49,139 nucleotides of DNA from Gammaproteobacteria bacterium (lineage in GTDB: Bacteria > Pseudomonadota > Gammaproteobacteria > JABDGN01), in the NCBI GenBank assembly GCA_009692385.1, contig SHZH01000001.1, positions 1-49,139 on the forward strand, read 5' to 3'. A program made the translations under genes and the position numbers. The notes below the pieces were generated by a model that was not told where the DNA came from, made no database searches, and saw only the letters and a list, made by a program, of their open reading frames with translations. Numbering within the stretch: the stretch's first letter is position 1; every line of letters starts with the position of its first letter. Shown here piece after piece: positions 24,675 through 34,734 of the stretch.

Positions 24675-26693
24675 TTACAACATCTCTAATGGATCGACAT
24701 CGATCGACCAGCGTATCTTGCGTGCTTCTTTTAGCTGCTCAATAAGTGGTAAAGTGTGGTGCAATAGTTGCTGCAAATGGCTACGATTTTTGGTAGCTAA
24801 TAATAATTGCCATCGATAACGACCCTGACGTTTTTCAACCGGTGCTTGCGCAGGACCCATTAACTGCACGGTATTATTCGCAGTTTTCAAAATCTGCTTA
24901 GCGGCTTGCAGAAATTCACTGCAAACTGATCCAGTAACTGCTTCAGCGCGTAACAACGCAAAATAATGGTAAGGGGGTAAATTTGCTTTATTTCGCTGTG
25001 CCAATGCTTGACGTACAAATTCCATATAACCTTGGGTAATTAGGCAATTTAGCAGGGGATGCTCAGGATGATGAGTTTGAATCAATACTTCACCTGGTTT
25101 TTCGGCACGTCCCGCCCGACCTGACACTTGCAACAATAATTGCGCCATCCGTTCACTGGCATGAAAATCGGCGCTGTATAAACCGCCATCAGCATCGAGT
25201 ACAACCACTAAGGTCACATTAGGAAAATGATGACCTTTGGCAATCATCTGAGTACCCACTAATAATTGTGCAGTACCATCTTGTACAGTGGCTAGTTTTG
25301 CTTCAAGCTCACCTTTACGTCGCGTACTATCGCGATCAATTCGAGCAATTTTAATATGCGGAAACTCTTTATTTAAGAATTCTTCGACCCGCTCAGTACC
25401 AGCACCAATGTTAATTAATTGTGTACTAGAACATTGAGCGCATTTTTTGGGAATAGCTTGCGTCTTTTCGCAATGATGACATTGTGCTTGATAAGGTTTT
25501 TGGTGAAGTGTCATCGGAATTTCGCAACGCGAACAATTCAATACCCAGGCACACTCGTGACACATTAATACTGGGGCAAAACCCCGACGATTTAAAAAAA
25601 TTAAAACTTGATTGCCCTGTTTTAAATGCTCTGCAATGACGGGTAGCACGGTAGTAGCAATTCCATTTTTTATTTTTTGGCGACGTAGATCAATTAATTT
25701 AAATAGAGGGTGTACCGCCTCACCCGCCCGCTCGGGTAACTCTAATAATTGATACCGTTCACGTTCAACATTATGTAATGATTCAAGTGAGGGTGTCGCG
25801 GAACCCAAGACAATGGGAATGTTTTCTAATTGCGCGCGTCGCACGGCAAGATCACGGGCATGATATTTAAAGCCATCTTGTTGCTTCAACGACAGGTCAT
25901 GTTCTTCATCGACAATAATAATGGCTAAATTAGCGAACGGAGTAAAAATAGCCGAACGTGTGCCAATAATAATTTTTAGTTCATTATTTTTTGCCCAGAG
26001 CCAGGTTAACAACCGCTCTTTATCGGTTAATCCAGAGTGTACGACTCCAATAGGTAAGCCCAATCGCTCTTGAAATCGGGTAAGCAGTTGAGGTGTCAAA
26101 CCAATTTCGGGTACCAGAATTAATGCTTGCTGACCGTTTGCTAACATTGATTTTAGAATTTGCAAATAAACTTCTGTTTTACCGCTACCGGTTACACCAT
26201 GTAATAAAAATACGTGGAATTTACTTATTTGCTTTGTGACATTCTGTACCGCGTTTTTTTGTGCCGCATTAAGAAGGGGACCCGGGATAATTAAGCCATG
26301 TGTTTGATGGGGCGTAAGCTTCTTTTTTTCTAAGGCATCCAAGGTGTTTTTTTCTTTTCCTTGACGCAACAAGGCGGGGATCGCCTGTGCTAACACGTCG
26401 CCGAGCGGATATTGATAGTATTTCGCTGACCAGCAAACTAATTTATAAAGGTGTGAAGGAAGTAATGGCGCTGTATCTAATACATCGCTAATAGCTTTCA
26501 GTTTTTGAGCCGGCACATCCGTTTTATCCGTGATGGCAACAACAATACCAATTACTGACTTATTACCAAAAGGCACCTGCACCCGCATACCCACTTGAAT
26601 ATCATGAGTTTGATGTTTTTTAGGTGCGCTGTAATCAAACACTCGTCTTAAAGGTGAGTTGATAGCAACTTGTATAATTTTGTCGTCGCGCAT
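24675..26693 (-). CDS. priA: Primosomal replication restart helicase PriA
   Basis: 672 aa. Walker A GVTGSGKTE, DEEH box and Cys-rich Zn-binding insert (CHECAW...CSRC...CHHC...CAQC). Confidence 0.95.
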   Translation of the reverse strand: MRDDKIIQVAINSPLRRVFDYSAPKKHQTHDIQVGMRVQVPFGNKSVIGIVVAITDKTDVPAQKLKAISDVLDTAPLLPSHLYKLVCWSAKYYQYPLGDVLAQAIPALLRQGKEKNTLDALEKKKLTPHQTHGLIIPGPLLNAAQKNAVQNVTKQISKFHVFLLHGVTGSGKTEVYLQILKSMLANGQQALILVPEIGLTPQLLTRFQERLGLPIGVVHSGLTDKERLLTWLWAKNNELKIIIGTRSAIFTPFANLAIIIVDEEHDLSLKQQDGFKYHARDLAVRRAQLENIPIVLGSATPSLESLHNVERERYQLLELPERAGEAVHPLFKLIDLRRQKIKNGIATTVLPVIAEHLKQGNQVLIFLNRRGFAPVLMCHECAWVLNCSRCEIPMTLHQKPYQAQCHHCEKTQAIPKKCAQCSSTQLINIGAGTERVEEFLNKEFPHIKIARIDRDSTRRKGELEAKLATVQDGTAQLLVGTQMIAKGHHFPNVTLVVVLDADGGLYSADFHASERMAQLLLQVSGRAGRAEKPGEVLIQTHHPEHPLLNCLITQGYMEFVRQALAQRNKANLPPYHYFALLRAEAVTGSVCSEFLQAAKQILKTANNTVQLMGPAQAPVEKRQGRYRWQLLLATKNRSHLQQLLHHTLPLIEQLKEARKIRWSIDVDPLEML

Positions 26694-26751
26694 GCTAATA
26701 AATTTACTTACGTTATGTGGTAAATCTAGTATATCAAGATAAAAATGACAA

Positions 26752-29421
26752 CTAGAACGAATTCATCATACTCTCTTGCCCGAAAGTATCTCGATAACCC
26801 GGTAATCCATATTGTAATAGGTTAGACGGTGAGGAGTTGCCAATACTCGAAAGACCCGTTAACGTAAATTGTAAATAGATCTGGTTATCATACGTGGGCG
26901 AAGTTCCATTGGGTTGCAAACCTAAATAGGTTTTACTGTTAAGTAAACGTACCGCCCAACAGCAGCTGTGATATTCCAATCCATAAAAATAAGTTTGAAA
27001 ATAATGATGGCTGACGTTGTAATTGCCATCAGCTAAGAAATGCCATTGATAATTTAACGGCCAACTGGTACCCATGCTAAATTGTTGGAAATTATTTTGC
27101 GGTGAAGTTGAGATTGCATTTGGAAATGGATCACCATTTTTTACGAAGCCATAACTGGTACTAATAATATGACTATTATCGACGTTAAACGTTAAGGCTA
27201 CGTTACTGTTTTGCACATATTTATTAATAGGATCATAAGCCAGATTACCGGTCGCATTCCAAAAGTGGCGAAATTGCCAATTGATCTGACCATCAATTGG
27301 TGAAATTTTCGCGGTGTTCGTATCAGGCAACGGTGTCGCCGCAGTCGGTGGAGTATTTGACAGCAAAACGTCGCGATTAGCAAAATAATAAATTTCACCA
27401 ATACTCGCATCTAACACATCATAACCCGTATCACTTTTAATAAAACGACTGGTGACACCCGCCGTTATTTGATCCGCATTTTGGATCCGATCAATTCCCG
27501 TAAATTGATTGGTTGAAAATAACTGATCGTAAGTCGCAATCGGATTAAGCGACGTGTCAAATATCGGTAATCCATATTGATTTACATACGGCACATTGAG
27601 ATAAAATAATCGAGGCTCTAACGTTTGGGTAAAATCTTCTTTTCTAATCGTGATATCCCGATCAAAATATAAACCACTGTCAAGGTCATAGATAGGGATC
27701 GCGCGACCAATTTGTTTTTTCTGTGTGGTAATACTGGCTGGCACCGCTAACTCATATTGCGTCCCCTCAAACGTCACCTGTGGCTTTAGATAACCCCACA
27801 CCGTCGTTAAGGGAAGATCAATTGACGGTTCTGCATCATAGCGTTGACCGGTAACCGCCGTGCCTGGTGGAGCCATTGATGGTGCGCCCGGATAGACATT
27901 CGTTGGATAATTAAACTCCCACAACGGTTTTTCAAAATCAGTAAACTGGGTACTTAAATGATAATCCAAGTTTAAAAACTCATGCGGATAAGAACCGATG
28001 AGATTAATTTGTGGTAAGCGGCTATACTGATCTTGTTGAGTTCCTAGCGTCACTGGATGTAACGTTTCATAATTTTGTAATAATCCATTCAGTGACCAAT
28101 GATCGGTGGCGTAAGTGCTACTAACCATTTGTGATAATTGCATATTGGGCAGTAAAGAAACCAAGGGGTTAGAGCTACTCAACATGGGCGCATCACCAAA
28201 ATCTAAGATGTAATAATCGTCATTGGTGTAATCAAACTGCACTTGTGATGACCATGAAGGTGTATATTGCGTATTATCCTGCCAGGCAAATTGGTAGCGA
28301 TCATCTGATGTTGCCGCTAATTTACTTCGCTCTGGACTTGCAGGATACGGATCGGAGCCTGTTGTCCAAGCTTCTTTATTTTCTGCAAATAATTTATCCC
28401 CCGGCAAGGCACTAAAATACATTTGTCCGCTACTTTCCCAGGTTAAATAACGAAATAGATCATTGTATTGCATGCCCCGGTTGGTGTAATAAAGTGGTGT
28501 AACCGTCATGTCATAATTGGGTGCCATGTTCCAGTAAAAAAGTGTGCCTACTCCCAACCCAGATATATCCGAATATTTTAACAAGGGTGATAAAAAGCCA
28601 GTTTTACGGCGATTATCAATCGGGAAACGCAAATAAGGTGTATAAAAAACGGGTACACCTTGAAGCGAAATCCAAGTTTGATAAGCAGTACCCACTCCCT
28701 CGGCCTGATCGAGTACGATTTCCTTGGCACTCAAATTCCAGGCTTTGCTGTATGGATTACACGAAGTGATCGTTACGTGATTTAAATTAATTAGTTTTGG
28801 TTTTATTTGATCAAATTTTTTGGCGGTGCCTCGATAGTTAGTACCACGAACTTGTAACAGCGTTAATTGCCGTTGTTGATCATAAATTTGCTCGGGCGCG
28901 GTACCCGTCGGCTTATAACGAAATACAGCATTTTCAATCCATGCCGAATTATTTTGTAAATTAATGTGTGCTTGATCACCACGCATTACCGCACCGGGCT
29001 GACGCACTTTCACATCACCCTGAATATTTAAAGTTTCTGCTTGGTGCGTTTTGGCATTGGGAATGCTTCGTGCTTGGTTACCGGTGACTTGTCTGTTTTG
29101 CTGCGTAATAATGACATTACCGCTCAAGATGGAGGGTTTATCCCGCAAAAACTCACCTTCTTGGCCAGCAATCGTCGTGGCATTCACGGGAACATTGATC
29201 GGCAAGGTAATGGGTTGCTCTTCGTAATAACCATGACATAAAGTGGGTTTATTCAGTTCGGGCACCCAGCCTAAAATCGCAGCGACTTGGCTCGGCGTTA
29301 ACGCTACCCAACTGGATGATGGCTTGTTGTGATCCGGTTCACTCGCGGCCATCGCGATCCCGGCTACCGCAAGTAGCAAGCCAGCCATTAACGCATAAAT
29401 ATTTTGTCGTAAAAATCTCAA
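26752..29421 (-). CDS. lptD: LPS-assembly outer membrane protein LptD
   Basis: 889 aa with a signal peptide, an N-terminal OstA-like region, a large beta-barrel and an aromatic C-terminus (MMNSF). The divergent amgK-murU pair matches the Pseudomonas arrangement. Confidence 0.9.
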   Translation of the reverse strand: MRFLRQNIYALMAGLLLAVAGIAMAASEPDHNKPSSSWVALTPSQVAAILGWVPELNKPTLCHGYYEEQPITLPINVPVNATTIAGQEGEFLRDKPSILSGNVIITQQNRQVTGNQARSIPNAKTHQAETLNIQGDVKVRQPGAVMRGDQAHINLQNNSAWIENAVFRYKPTGTAPEQIYDQQRQLTLLQVRGTNYRGTAKKFDQIKPKLINLNHVTITSCNPYSKAWNLSAKEIVLDQAEGVGTAYQTWISLQGVPVFYTPYLRFPIDNRRKTGFLSPLLKYSDISGLGVGTLFYWNMAPNYDMTVTPLYYTNRGMQYNDLFRYLTWESSGQMYFSALPGDKLFAENKEAWTTGSDPYPASPERSKLAATSDDRYQFAWQDNTQYTPSWSSQVQFDYTNDDYYILDFGDAPMLSSSNPLVSLLPNMQLSQMVSSTYATDHWSLNGLLQNYETLHPVTLGTQQDQYSRLPQINLIGSYPHEFLNLDYHLSTQFTDFEKPLWEFNYPTNVYPGAPSMAPPGTAVTGQRYDAEPSIDLPLTTVWGYLKPQVTFEGTQYELAVPASITTQKKQIGRAIPIYDLDSGLYFDRDITIRKEDFTQTLEPRLFYLNVPYVNQYGLPIFDTSLNPIATYDQLFSTNQFTGIDRIQNADQITAGVTSRFIKSDTGYDVLDASIGEIYYFANRDVLLSNTPPTAATPLPDTNTAKISPIDGQINWQFRHFWNATGNLAYDPINKYVQNSNVALTFNVDNSHIISTSYGFVKNGDPFPNAISTSPQNNFQQFSMGTSWPLNYQWHFLADGNYNVSHHYFQTYFYGLEYHSCCWAVRLLNSKTYLGLQPNGTSPTYDNQIYLQFTLTGLSSIGNSSPSNLLQYGLPGYRDTFGQESMMNSF

Positions 29422-29457
29422 AATCGGTATAATCCAACAAATTCAATAGGTGCTAAC

Positions 29458-30447
29458 ATGACGAACACGCTATCTAGCCAATTACTATATGATTGGGTAG
29501 GTCGACATCTTACCGAAAAACCGCTCACGATAATACCCCTAGTTGGTGGTTGGAGCGATCGGCGCATTTATCGCGTTACCACCCCTACGAAAACGCTTAT
29601 TTTGGTTGATAGTAGTGCCGAACTCGTCGGGCTTAAAGATTTTGTTGTCATTGACCAGGCATTAGCTCGCAATCAAGTCGATGTGCCCGAAATTATGGCG
29701 GTTGATTTTGAGCTGGGCTATCTTTTGGAAACGGATTTTGGAGATGTGTCGTTGTTTTCACAACTGTCAGCCGATAATAGTAGCCACTGGTATCGGCGTG
29801 TTGTGGATGAATTAGCACGCATCCAAAAATGTCAGCCACCTAAAGAATATTCATTATCCCGTTTCGATGCTGAGCATTGTCGAATCGAATGGAAGCTATT
29901 CACCAAACATTACTTACAAGAACGACATCACGTTCTGTTAGATCCCTATCACTGTCGGTTACAGGATGTTTGGTCATTATTATTTGCCACAATGCAAGAA
30001 CAGCCGCAAGTGTTTGTGCATCGCGATTATCATAGCCAAAATTTAATGGTGCTACCCGACGAAAAATTGGGAGTAATTGATTTTCAGAGTGCTAAGTGGG
30101 GACCGATCACCTATGATCTCGTGTCGCTATTAAAAGATTGCTATCTTGATTGGCCAACCGATCAAGTGCATGAATGGCTCAAAGAATTTCAGCCTTTATT
30201 ATGGGCAGCAACTGATTTACCTGCGGTTCATCTGCAACAATTTCGGCGTTGGTTTGATCTGACCGGCTTACAACGGCATCTGAAAGTACTGGGGCAAATG
30301 GCTAGAAATATTCGCACCGATCCGAACTTTCCGAACGCGAAAGATCTACCGAGGGTGGAACGTTATGTCTTAGACGTGTGTGCGCGTTATCCAGAATTAA
30401 GTGAATTAAGTAAACTGTTAGAAAATTTAATTGAGCCAAATAAATGA
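29458..30447 (+). CDS. amgK: Aminoglycoside-phosphotransferase-fold kinase, AmgK-like (MurNAc/GlcNAc anomeric kinase)
   Basis: Motifs HRDYHSQNLM, IDFQSA and GPITYDLVSLLKD. Gene context with murU next to lptD. Confidence 0.7.
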   Translation: MTNTLSSQLLYDWVGRHLTEKPLTIIPLVGGWSDRRIYRVTTPTKTLILVDSSAELVGLKDFVVIDQALARNQVDVPEIMAVDFELGYLLETDFGDVSLFSQLSADNSSHWYRRVVDELARIQKCQPPKEYSLSRFDAEHCRIEWKLFTKHYLQERHHVLLDPYHCRLQDVWSLLFATMQEQPQVFVHRDYHSQNLMVLPDEKLGVIDFQSAKWGPITYDLVSLLKDCYLDWPTDQVHEWLKEFQPLLWAATDLPAVHLQQFRRWFDLTGLQRHLKVLGQMARNIRTDPNFPNAKDLPRVERYVLDVCARYPELSELSKLLENLIEPNK

Positions 30448-31106
30448 AAGCAATGATCTTAGCGGCTGGCAAAGGCGAACGTATGGGCAACTTAACCGAA
30501 AATACTTCCAAAGTATTACTTCAGGTTAATGGCAAAGCACTGATTGAATATCATCTGAAAAATTTAGTTAGTGCTGGCGTGACCGATGTCGTCATTAATT
30601 TGTGTTACCACGCCGATAAAATCCAGGATTTTCTGGGCAATGGTCAACATTATGGTCTTACTATAGAATACTCACTCGAAGAAAAATTATTAGGTTTAGG
30701 CGGTGGTGTACATAACGCGCTGCACTTACTCGGTGATGCGCCATTTTTTGTGATCAGCGGTGATATGTGGACGGATTATAATTATGCCGATTTATCCAAG
30801 CAGCTTGAAAGCAAAGCACACCTCGTTATGACTAATAATCCACCGTTTCATCCTAACGGTGATTATCCGTTAGAGAACGGTATTATATTAATGTCCGGTA
30901 AAAATAATTTAAATTACGCTGGTTTTGGTGTGTTTCATCCTGACTTGTTTCGCAATTCGGGTGCCGGAAGTTACGGCATTACCAAAGTTCTTAACCCCGT
31001 GATCGAAGAAGGCTTAGTAACCGGTGAACATTTTCAGGGTGCTTGGATGAATATTAATACACCTAAAGAACTCGAAGCATTACGTATCAAACTGGAGAAC
31101 TTATGA
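30444..31106 (+). CDS. murU: Nucleotidyltransferase, MurU-like (MurNAc-1-P uridylyltransferase)
   Basis: N-terminal MILAAGKGERM motif, 220 aa. 4-nt overlap with amgK. Confidence 0.7.
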   Translation: MKAMILAAGKGERMGNLTENTSKVLLQVNGKALIEYHLKNLVSAGVTDVVINLCYHADKIQDFLGNGQHYGLTIEYSLEEKLLGLGGGVHNALHLLGDAPFFVISGDMWTDYNYADLSKQLESKAHLVMTNNPPFHPNGDYPLENGIILMSGKNNLNYAGFGVFHPDLFRNSGAGSYGITKVLNPVIEEGLVTGEHFQGAWMNINTPKELEALRIKLENL

Positions 31107-31888
31107 ATACTAATTTTCTAACGATTTTATTTTCTGCGACGGCTTTTTCGGGAATTATTTATTTTCTTGATTTAGTGTGGTGGCAACCTAATCGGCAACG
31201 TACTAATCCACCCATTACTAAAATGCCCAAAGTAATCGAATATTGCCGTTCGTTTTTTCCGATTTTATTATTAGTATTTGTAGTACGTTCATTTATTTTC
31301 CAACCATTCGTCGTACCGACACAATCCTTAGAACCAACCGTGATGCCAAAAGCATTTATTGGTGTTAACGAATTTGCGTATGGTTTACGCTGGCCGCTCA
31401 ACAATCAAAAAATATTGGCGATCGGTTTGCCCAAACACGGTGATATCGTATTGTTTCATGACGTCACCGTACCCAATAAAGATTTAGTCAAACGTGTCAT
31501 CGGCTTACCGGGCGATCATATTAGTTACATTGATAAAGTCTTGTATGTGAATGGCCAAAAAGCGGAACAAACTCCCGCGGGCTACACGACGGATAGCAAT
31601 GACGATCTCGGTCCCGTTTGGACAGTCGAAATAAAACATGAAAATTTTCTCGGTGTACAACACGATATTTATGTACGCCCCGATGTACCTGCGCAAAATT
31701 TTTATAATCTAGTAGTCCCGGCAGGTGAATATTTTATGATGGGCGACAATCGCGATGACAGCGAGGATAGTCGTTACTGGGGCTTTGTGCCCGAGCAAAA
31801 TATTATTGGCAAAGGCTGGTTTGTGATCTTAAGTTGGAACACTAAAATTGGTGCGGTGCGTTGGGATCAGGTGTTTAAAAAGCTGTAA
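31103..31888 (+). CDS. lepB: Signal peptidase I
   Basis: Ser region PTQSLEPTV, Lys box KRVIGLPGD and GDNRDDSEDSRYWGFV. 4-nt overlap with murU. Confidence 0.85.
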   Translation: MNTNFLTILFSATAFSGIIYFLDLVWWQPNRQRTNPPITKMPKVIEYCRSFFPILLLVFVVRSFIFQPFVVPTQSLEPTVMPKAFIGVNEFAYGLRWPLNNQKILAIGLPKHGDIVLFHDVTVPNKDLVKRVIGLPGDHISYIDKVLYVNGQKAEQTPAGYTTDSNDDLGPVWTVEIKHENFLGVQHDIYVRPDVPAQNFYNLVVPAGEYFMMGDNRDDSEDSRYWGFVPEQNIIGKGWFVILSWNTKIGAVRWDQVFKKL

Positions 31889-32027
31889 TAGTTTATGAAC
31901 GAACAAAACCTAGCAAATGAGCATAATTATAACGGTCTGCAGCGCGCAGTGCCTCAATATAAGTTTTGCGCGTATCATTCATATTAATTGATTTAGATGC
32001 AGATATAGTTATTGGATGACGTGTTTG

Positions 32028-32708
32028 TTATACGTAACGCGTGACATCAGGAACATTCGCATCTTGAAAACCTTTTTTGCGGAGGGCACAACTATCACAG
32101 CTGCCACATGCCTGACCGTGCTCATTTGCACGGTAGCAGGAGACGCTGAGTGAATAATCTACGCCGAGTGATGAGCCTAGTTGAATGATTTCGGCTTTAG
32201 TCAAATTCAATAAGGGTGCTTGAATACTCGTGTGCAAACCTTCGACACCTGCTTTGGTCGCCAGATTGGCCATTTTTTCAAAGGCAGTTAAATATTCAGG
32301 GCGACAATCGGGATAGCCCGAGTAATCCACACAATTTGCGCCGATGAAAATATCGCGCGCCTCCACTATTTCTGCCCAGCCTAAAGCATAGGCTAAAAAA
32401 ATGGTATTACGTGCTGGAACATAGGTGTTGGGGATGCCACTGTTATTTTCCCGTTTAGCATCTAGCACAGCGATATTAGAATTGATCAGTGATGATTTAA
32501 CGTTTGGATCAAAAACGATTGGCAAAGTAAGATGTTTTTTAACATTATAAATTTCGGCTATTTTTTGTGCTTGTTTAAGTTCAGAATTATGCTGTTGACC
32601 GTAGTCGAAGCTGAGTGCATAACATTCAAGTGCTTGGCTTTTAGCTATTGCTAAACAAGTGAGTGAATCGAGTCCACCGGATAATAATATAACTGCCTTT
32701 TTCACCAT
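32028..32708 (-). CDS. queC: 7-cyano-7-deazaguanine synthase
   Basis: PP-loop LLSGGLDS and a C-terminal Zn cluster (CGSCDSC). Confidence 0.9.
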   Translation of the reverse strand: MVKKAVILLSGGLDSLTCLAIAKSQALECYALSFDYGQQHNSELKQAQKIAEIYNVKKHLTLPIVFDPNVKSSLINSNIAVLDAKRENNSGIPNTYVPARNTIFLAYALGWAEIVEARDIFIGANCVDYSGYPDCRPEYLTAFEKMANLATKAGVEGLHTSIQAPLLNLTKAEIIQLGSSLGVDYSLSVSCYRANEHGQACGSCDSCALRKKGFQDANVPDVTRYV

Positions 32709-33169
32709 ACCCTCACCGTGCCCTCTCTCGCAAGCGGTAGAGGGGAATAACGTGCTTTGGCCGTCTTAGTTTCTGAAACCGAAACTTCAATCAGCGATAT
32801 ATTTTTATGTTCAACTAACAGGTTTTCAAATATTTCAAACAAATGTTTCGCAATACTTTCTACGCTGGTATTAACGCCACCTGGCAGAGTGTAAAATTTT
32901 TGCGAATTAGTGATTAAAAATTGCTGTAATTTACTATCATCTTGAGAAACAATGGTAACGTGATCTAAATTATTTTGAACCCAATTATTAAATAAATTTT
33001 TGATATCAGAAAAGTCGACCACAAAATCGTATTGATCTAACGTTGGTGCGCCTAAAACCACTTCAACACCATAATCATGGCCGTGCAAGTTTTGACACTT
33101 TCCCTGATAGCCTTTTAGTATACGGTGTGCTGCCGAAAAATCACTTAACTGTTTACTAATATAATACAT
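32702..33169 (-). CDS. queD: 6-carboxy-5,6,7,8-tetrahydropterin synthase
   Basis: PTPS-fold motifs ([14 protein letters not shown]). The C-terminal ~14 aa are repeat-derived. Confidence 0.85.
   Translation of the reverse strand: MYYISKQLSDFSAAHRILKGYQGKCQNLHGHDYGVEVVLGAPTLDQYDFVVDFSDIKNLFNNWVQNNLDHVTIVSQDDSKLQQFLITNSQKFYTLPGGVNTSVESIAKHLFEIFENLLVEHKNISLIEVSVSETKTAKARYSPLPLAREGTVRVW
32705..32745. repeat. GC-rich palindromic repeat family member at the queD/queC junction
   Basis: CCATACCCTCACCGTG followed by the imperfect hairpin CCCTCTctCGCaaGCGgtAGAGGG. It encodes the queD tail [14 protein letters not shown] and contains the queD stop and the queC ATG. Confidence 0.4.
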
Positions 33170-33171
33170 AT

Positions 33172-33717
33172 CTATGGCCTTCCAATTAAACTTAAAAATT
33201 CAGCGCGAGTTGCCGCTTCATCACGAAACGCACCCAGCATGGCGGATGTAGTCATAGTGGCATTTTGTTTTTCTACGCCACGCATCATCATACAAAAATG
33301 TTTCGCTTCAATAATAACGCCCACGCCTTCACCGCCGACAATCGATTGCAGGCAATTAGCGATTTGCATGGTCAAATTTTCCTGGATTTGCAAGCGGCGT
33401 GCAAAGTGATCCACAATTCGCGCGATTTTTGACAAGCCAATAACTTTGCCTTGTGGCAGATAGGCAACATGACACGAACCGACAAATGGCAATAAATGAT
33501 GTTCGCATAACGAATACATCTCAATATTTTTAAGGATGATCATCTCATCATTATCGGAGTCAAACACCGCATCATTAATGATGTCTTTCAGTTTCTCGCT
33601 ATAGCCTTTAGTTAAAAATTTTAAGGCTTTAGCAGCACGTTTTGGTGTGTCTTTCAAACCTTCACGCTTAGGATCTTCGCCTAAATTTATTAATAACTCA
33701 CGATATAAATTTTCCAT
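33172..33717 (-). CDS. folE: GTP cyclohydrolase I (FolE type 1)
   Basis: Motifs CEHHLLPF and HFCMMMRG. The start at MENLYREL is preceded by GAGG at 6 nt. The upstream track Met at 33753 would overlap queE by 20 nt. Confidence 0.9.
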   Translation of the reverse strand: MENLYRELLINLGEDPKREGLKDTPKRAAKALKFLTKGYSEKLKDIINDAVFDSDNDEMIILKNIEMYSLCEHHLLPFVGSCHVAYLPQGKVIGLSKIARIVDHFARRLQIQENLTMQIANCLQSIVGGEGVGVIIEAKHFCMMMRGVEKQNATMTTSAMLGAFRDEAATRAEFLSLIGRP

Positions 33718-33733
33718 AGAAACCTCAGTATTA

Positions 33734-34480
33734 TTATTTTCCAGTCGCTTCATCCCAAATATGAATATGCAGGCGTGGCGAAAAATTAAAATTATTTTCG
33801 ATACATAGCTCAGCCACCATTTGTAGTTTCGATTGCATCGCTTTTAACGTTCCCCCTTCGGGCATGAGCCAAATGCGGCTGGTATCTAAATTTAACACAG
33901 TTTGATAATCAGTTTTTATTTCTGCAACATCTTTATTAGATTGCACCACAAATTTAAAAACCGCCTGCGGTAACGCCGCAAACTTTTTTAAAGTATCTAA
34001 TTGATAGCGTTTATCACGCGACTCTCCACTAGAGATTAATTTAGGGCTTACATTAAACTGATTAATACGCTGCTGCAAGTATAGATTTGGAGTGATTGTC
34101 GCGTTCGTTTCGATTTCAATGTAGATGGGAGATGAACTGCGAGTATCGAGTAACTTAATAAATTCCGCTACTTTTTCTTGTTGTAATAACGGCTCACCAC
34201 CGGTTATCACCAAGTGCGCGCCTCCACGCAACTTATCCAACCAATTATTTTGTTCCCATTCTTGAATGATGCTCGCAAAGCTATATGCTTTGCCTTGCTT
34301 CCAAACTAATTTGGTATCACACCCCAAGTGTTCGCCAGTAAGCGGTGCAAGATAAGAAAATCCAGGACAGTTTAGATTGCATGCGGCTAAGCGCAGAAGT
34401 AAGGCCGGGCGCCCAGCACTAGCACCTTCACCTTGGATACTAAAAAACATTTCACTGACAATTAAGCGTTCTGCTTCCAT
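33734..34480 (-). CDS. queE: 7-carboxy-7-deazaguanine synthase (radical SAM QueE, atypical Cys spacing)
   Basis: Motifs [27 protein letters not shown] and ITGGEPL. It is the first gene of the queE-folE-queD-queC operon. Confidence 0.85.
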   Translation of the reverse strand: MEAERLIVSEMFFSIQGEGASAGRPALLLRLAACNLNCPGFSYLAPLTGEHLGCDTKLVWKQGKAYSFASIIQEWEQNNWLDKLRGGAHLVITGGEPLLQQEKVAEFIKLLDTRSSSPIYIEIETNATITPNLYLQQRINQFNVSPKLISSGESRDKRYQLDTLKKFAALPQAVFKFVVQSNKDVAEIKTDYQTVLNLDTSRIWLMPEGGTLKAMQSKLQMVAELCIENNFNFSPRLHIHIWDEATGK

Positions 34481-34734
34481 AAATTACTTCTAATTATTTA
34501 AAATTTTTTTTGCATATAAATTGAGGGGGTCTGGATGTTGTCGCATAGCTCTCATAATCTCGAAACCAATTCCTTGAGTACGGTGTTCAAGAGCAAGAAT
34601 AATATCACAAATATAAGCATAAGTTGTGTAATAGCCCCTGCCTTCAGACTCATTTCATTTTGGAAAAGGCTAAAGATCGACAAAATAGGCTTTTATCTCT
34701 ACACTAGCGTTCTGTATGATAAAGGAGAGAATGG

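Noticed and set aside
31889-32027. Terminator or small ORF between the convergent lepB and queC genes
   Set aside because: Only 4-6-bp stems are present (CTGC/GCAG, CGCGCA/TGCGCG) without U-tracts. The 30-codon ORF starting at 31905 has no supporting signal.
34552-34653. 33-aa hydrophobic minus-strand small ORF (MSLKAGAITQLMLIFVILFLLLNTVLKELVSRL) in the queE/spmA spacer
   Set aside because: It has no Shine-Dalgarno sequence, and AT-rich spacers easily yield such ORFs. It would become interesting only if conserved in relatives.
34481-34734. preQ1 riboswitch upstream of the que operon or of the spmAB-like genes (also checked upstream of queF, 11480-11531)
   Set aside because: I could find no match to the compact preQ1-I hairpin/A-rich tail consensus or other recognisable riboswitch cores by eye. 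This needs a covariance-model scan to exclude.
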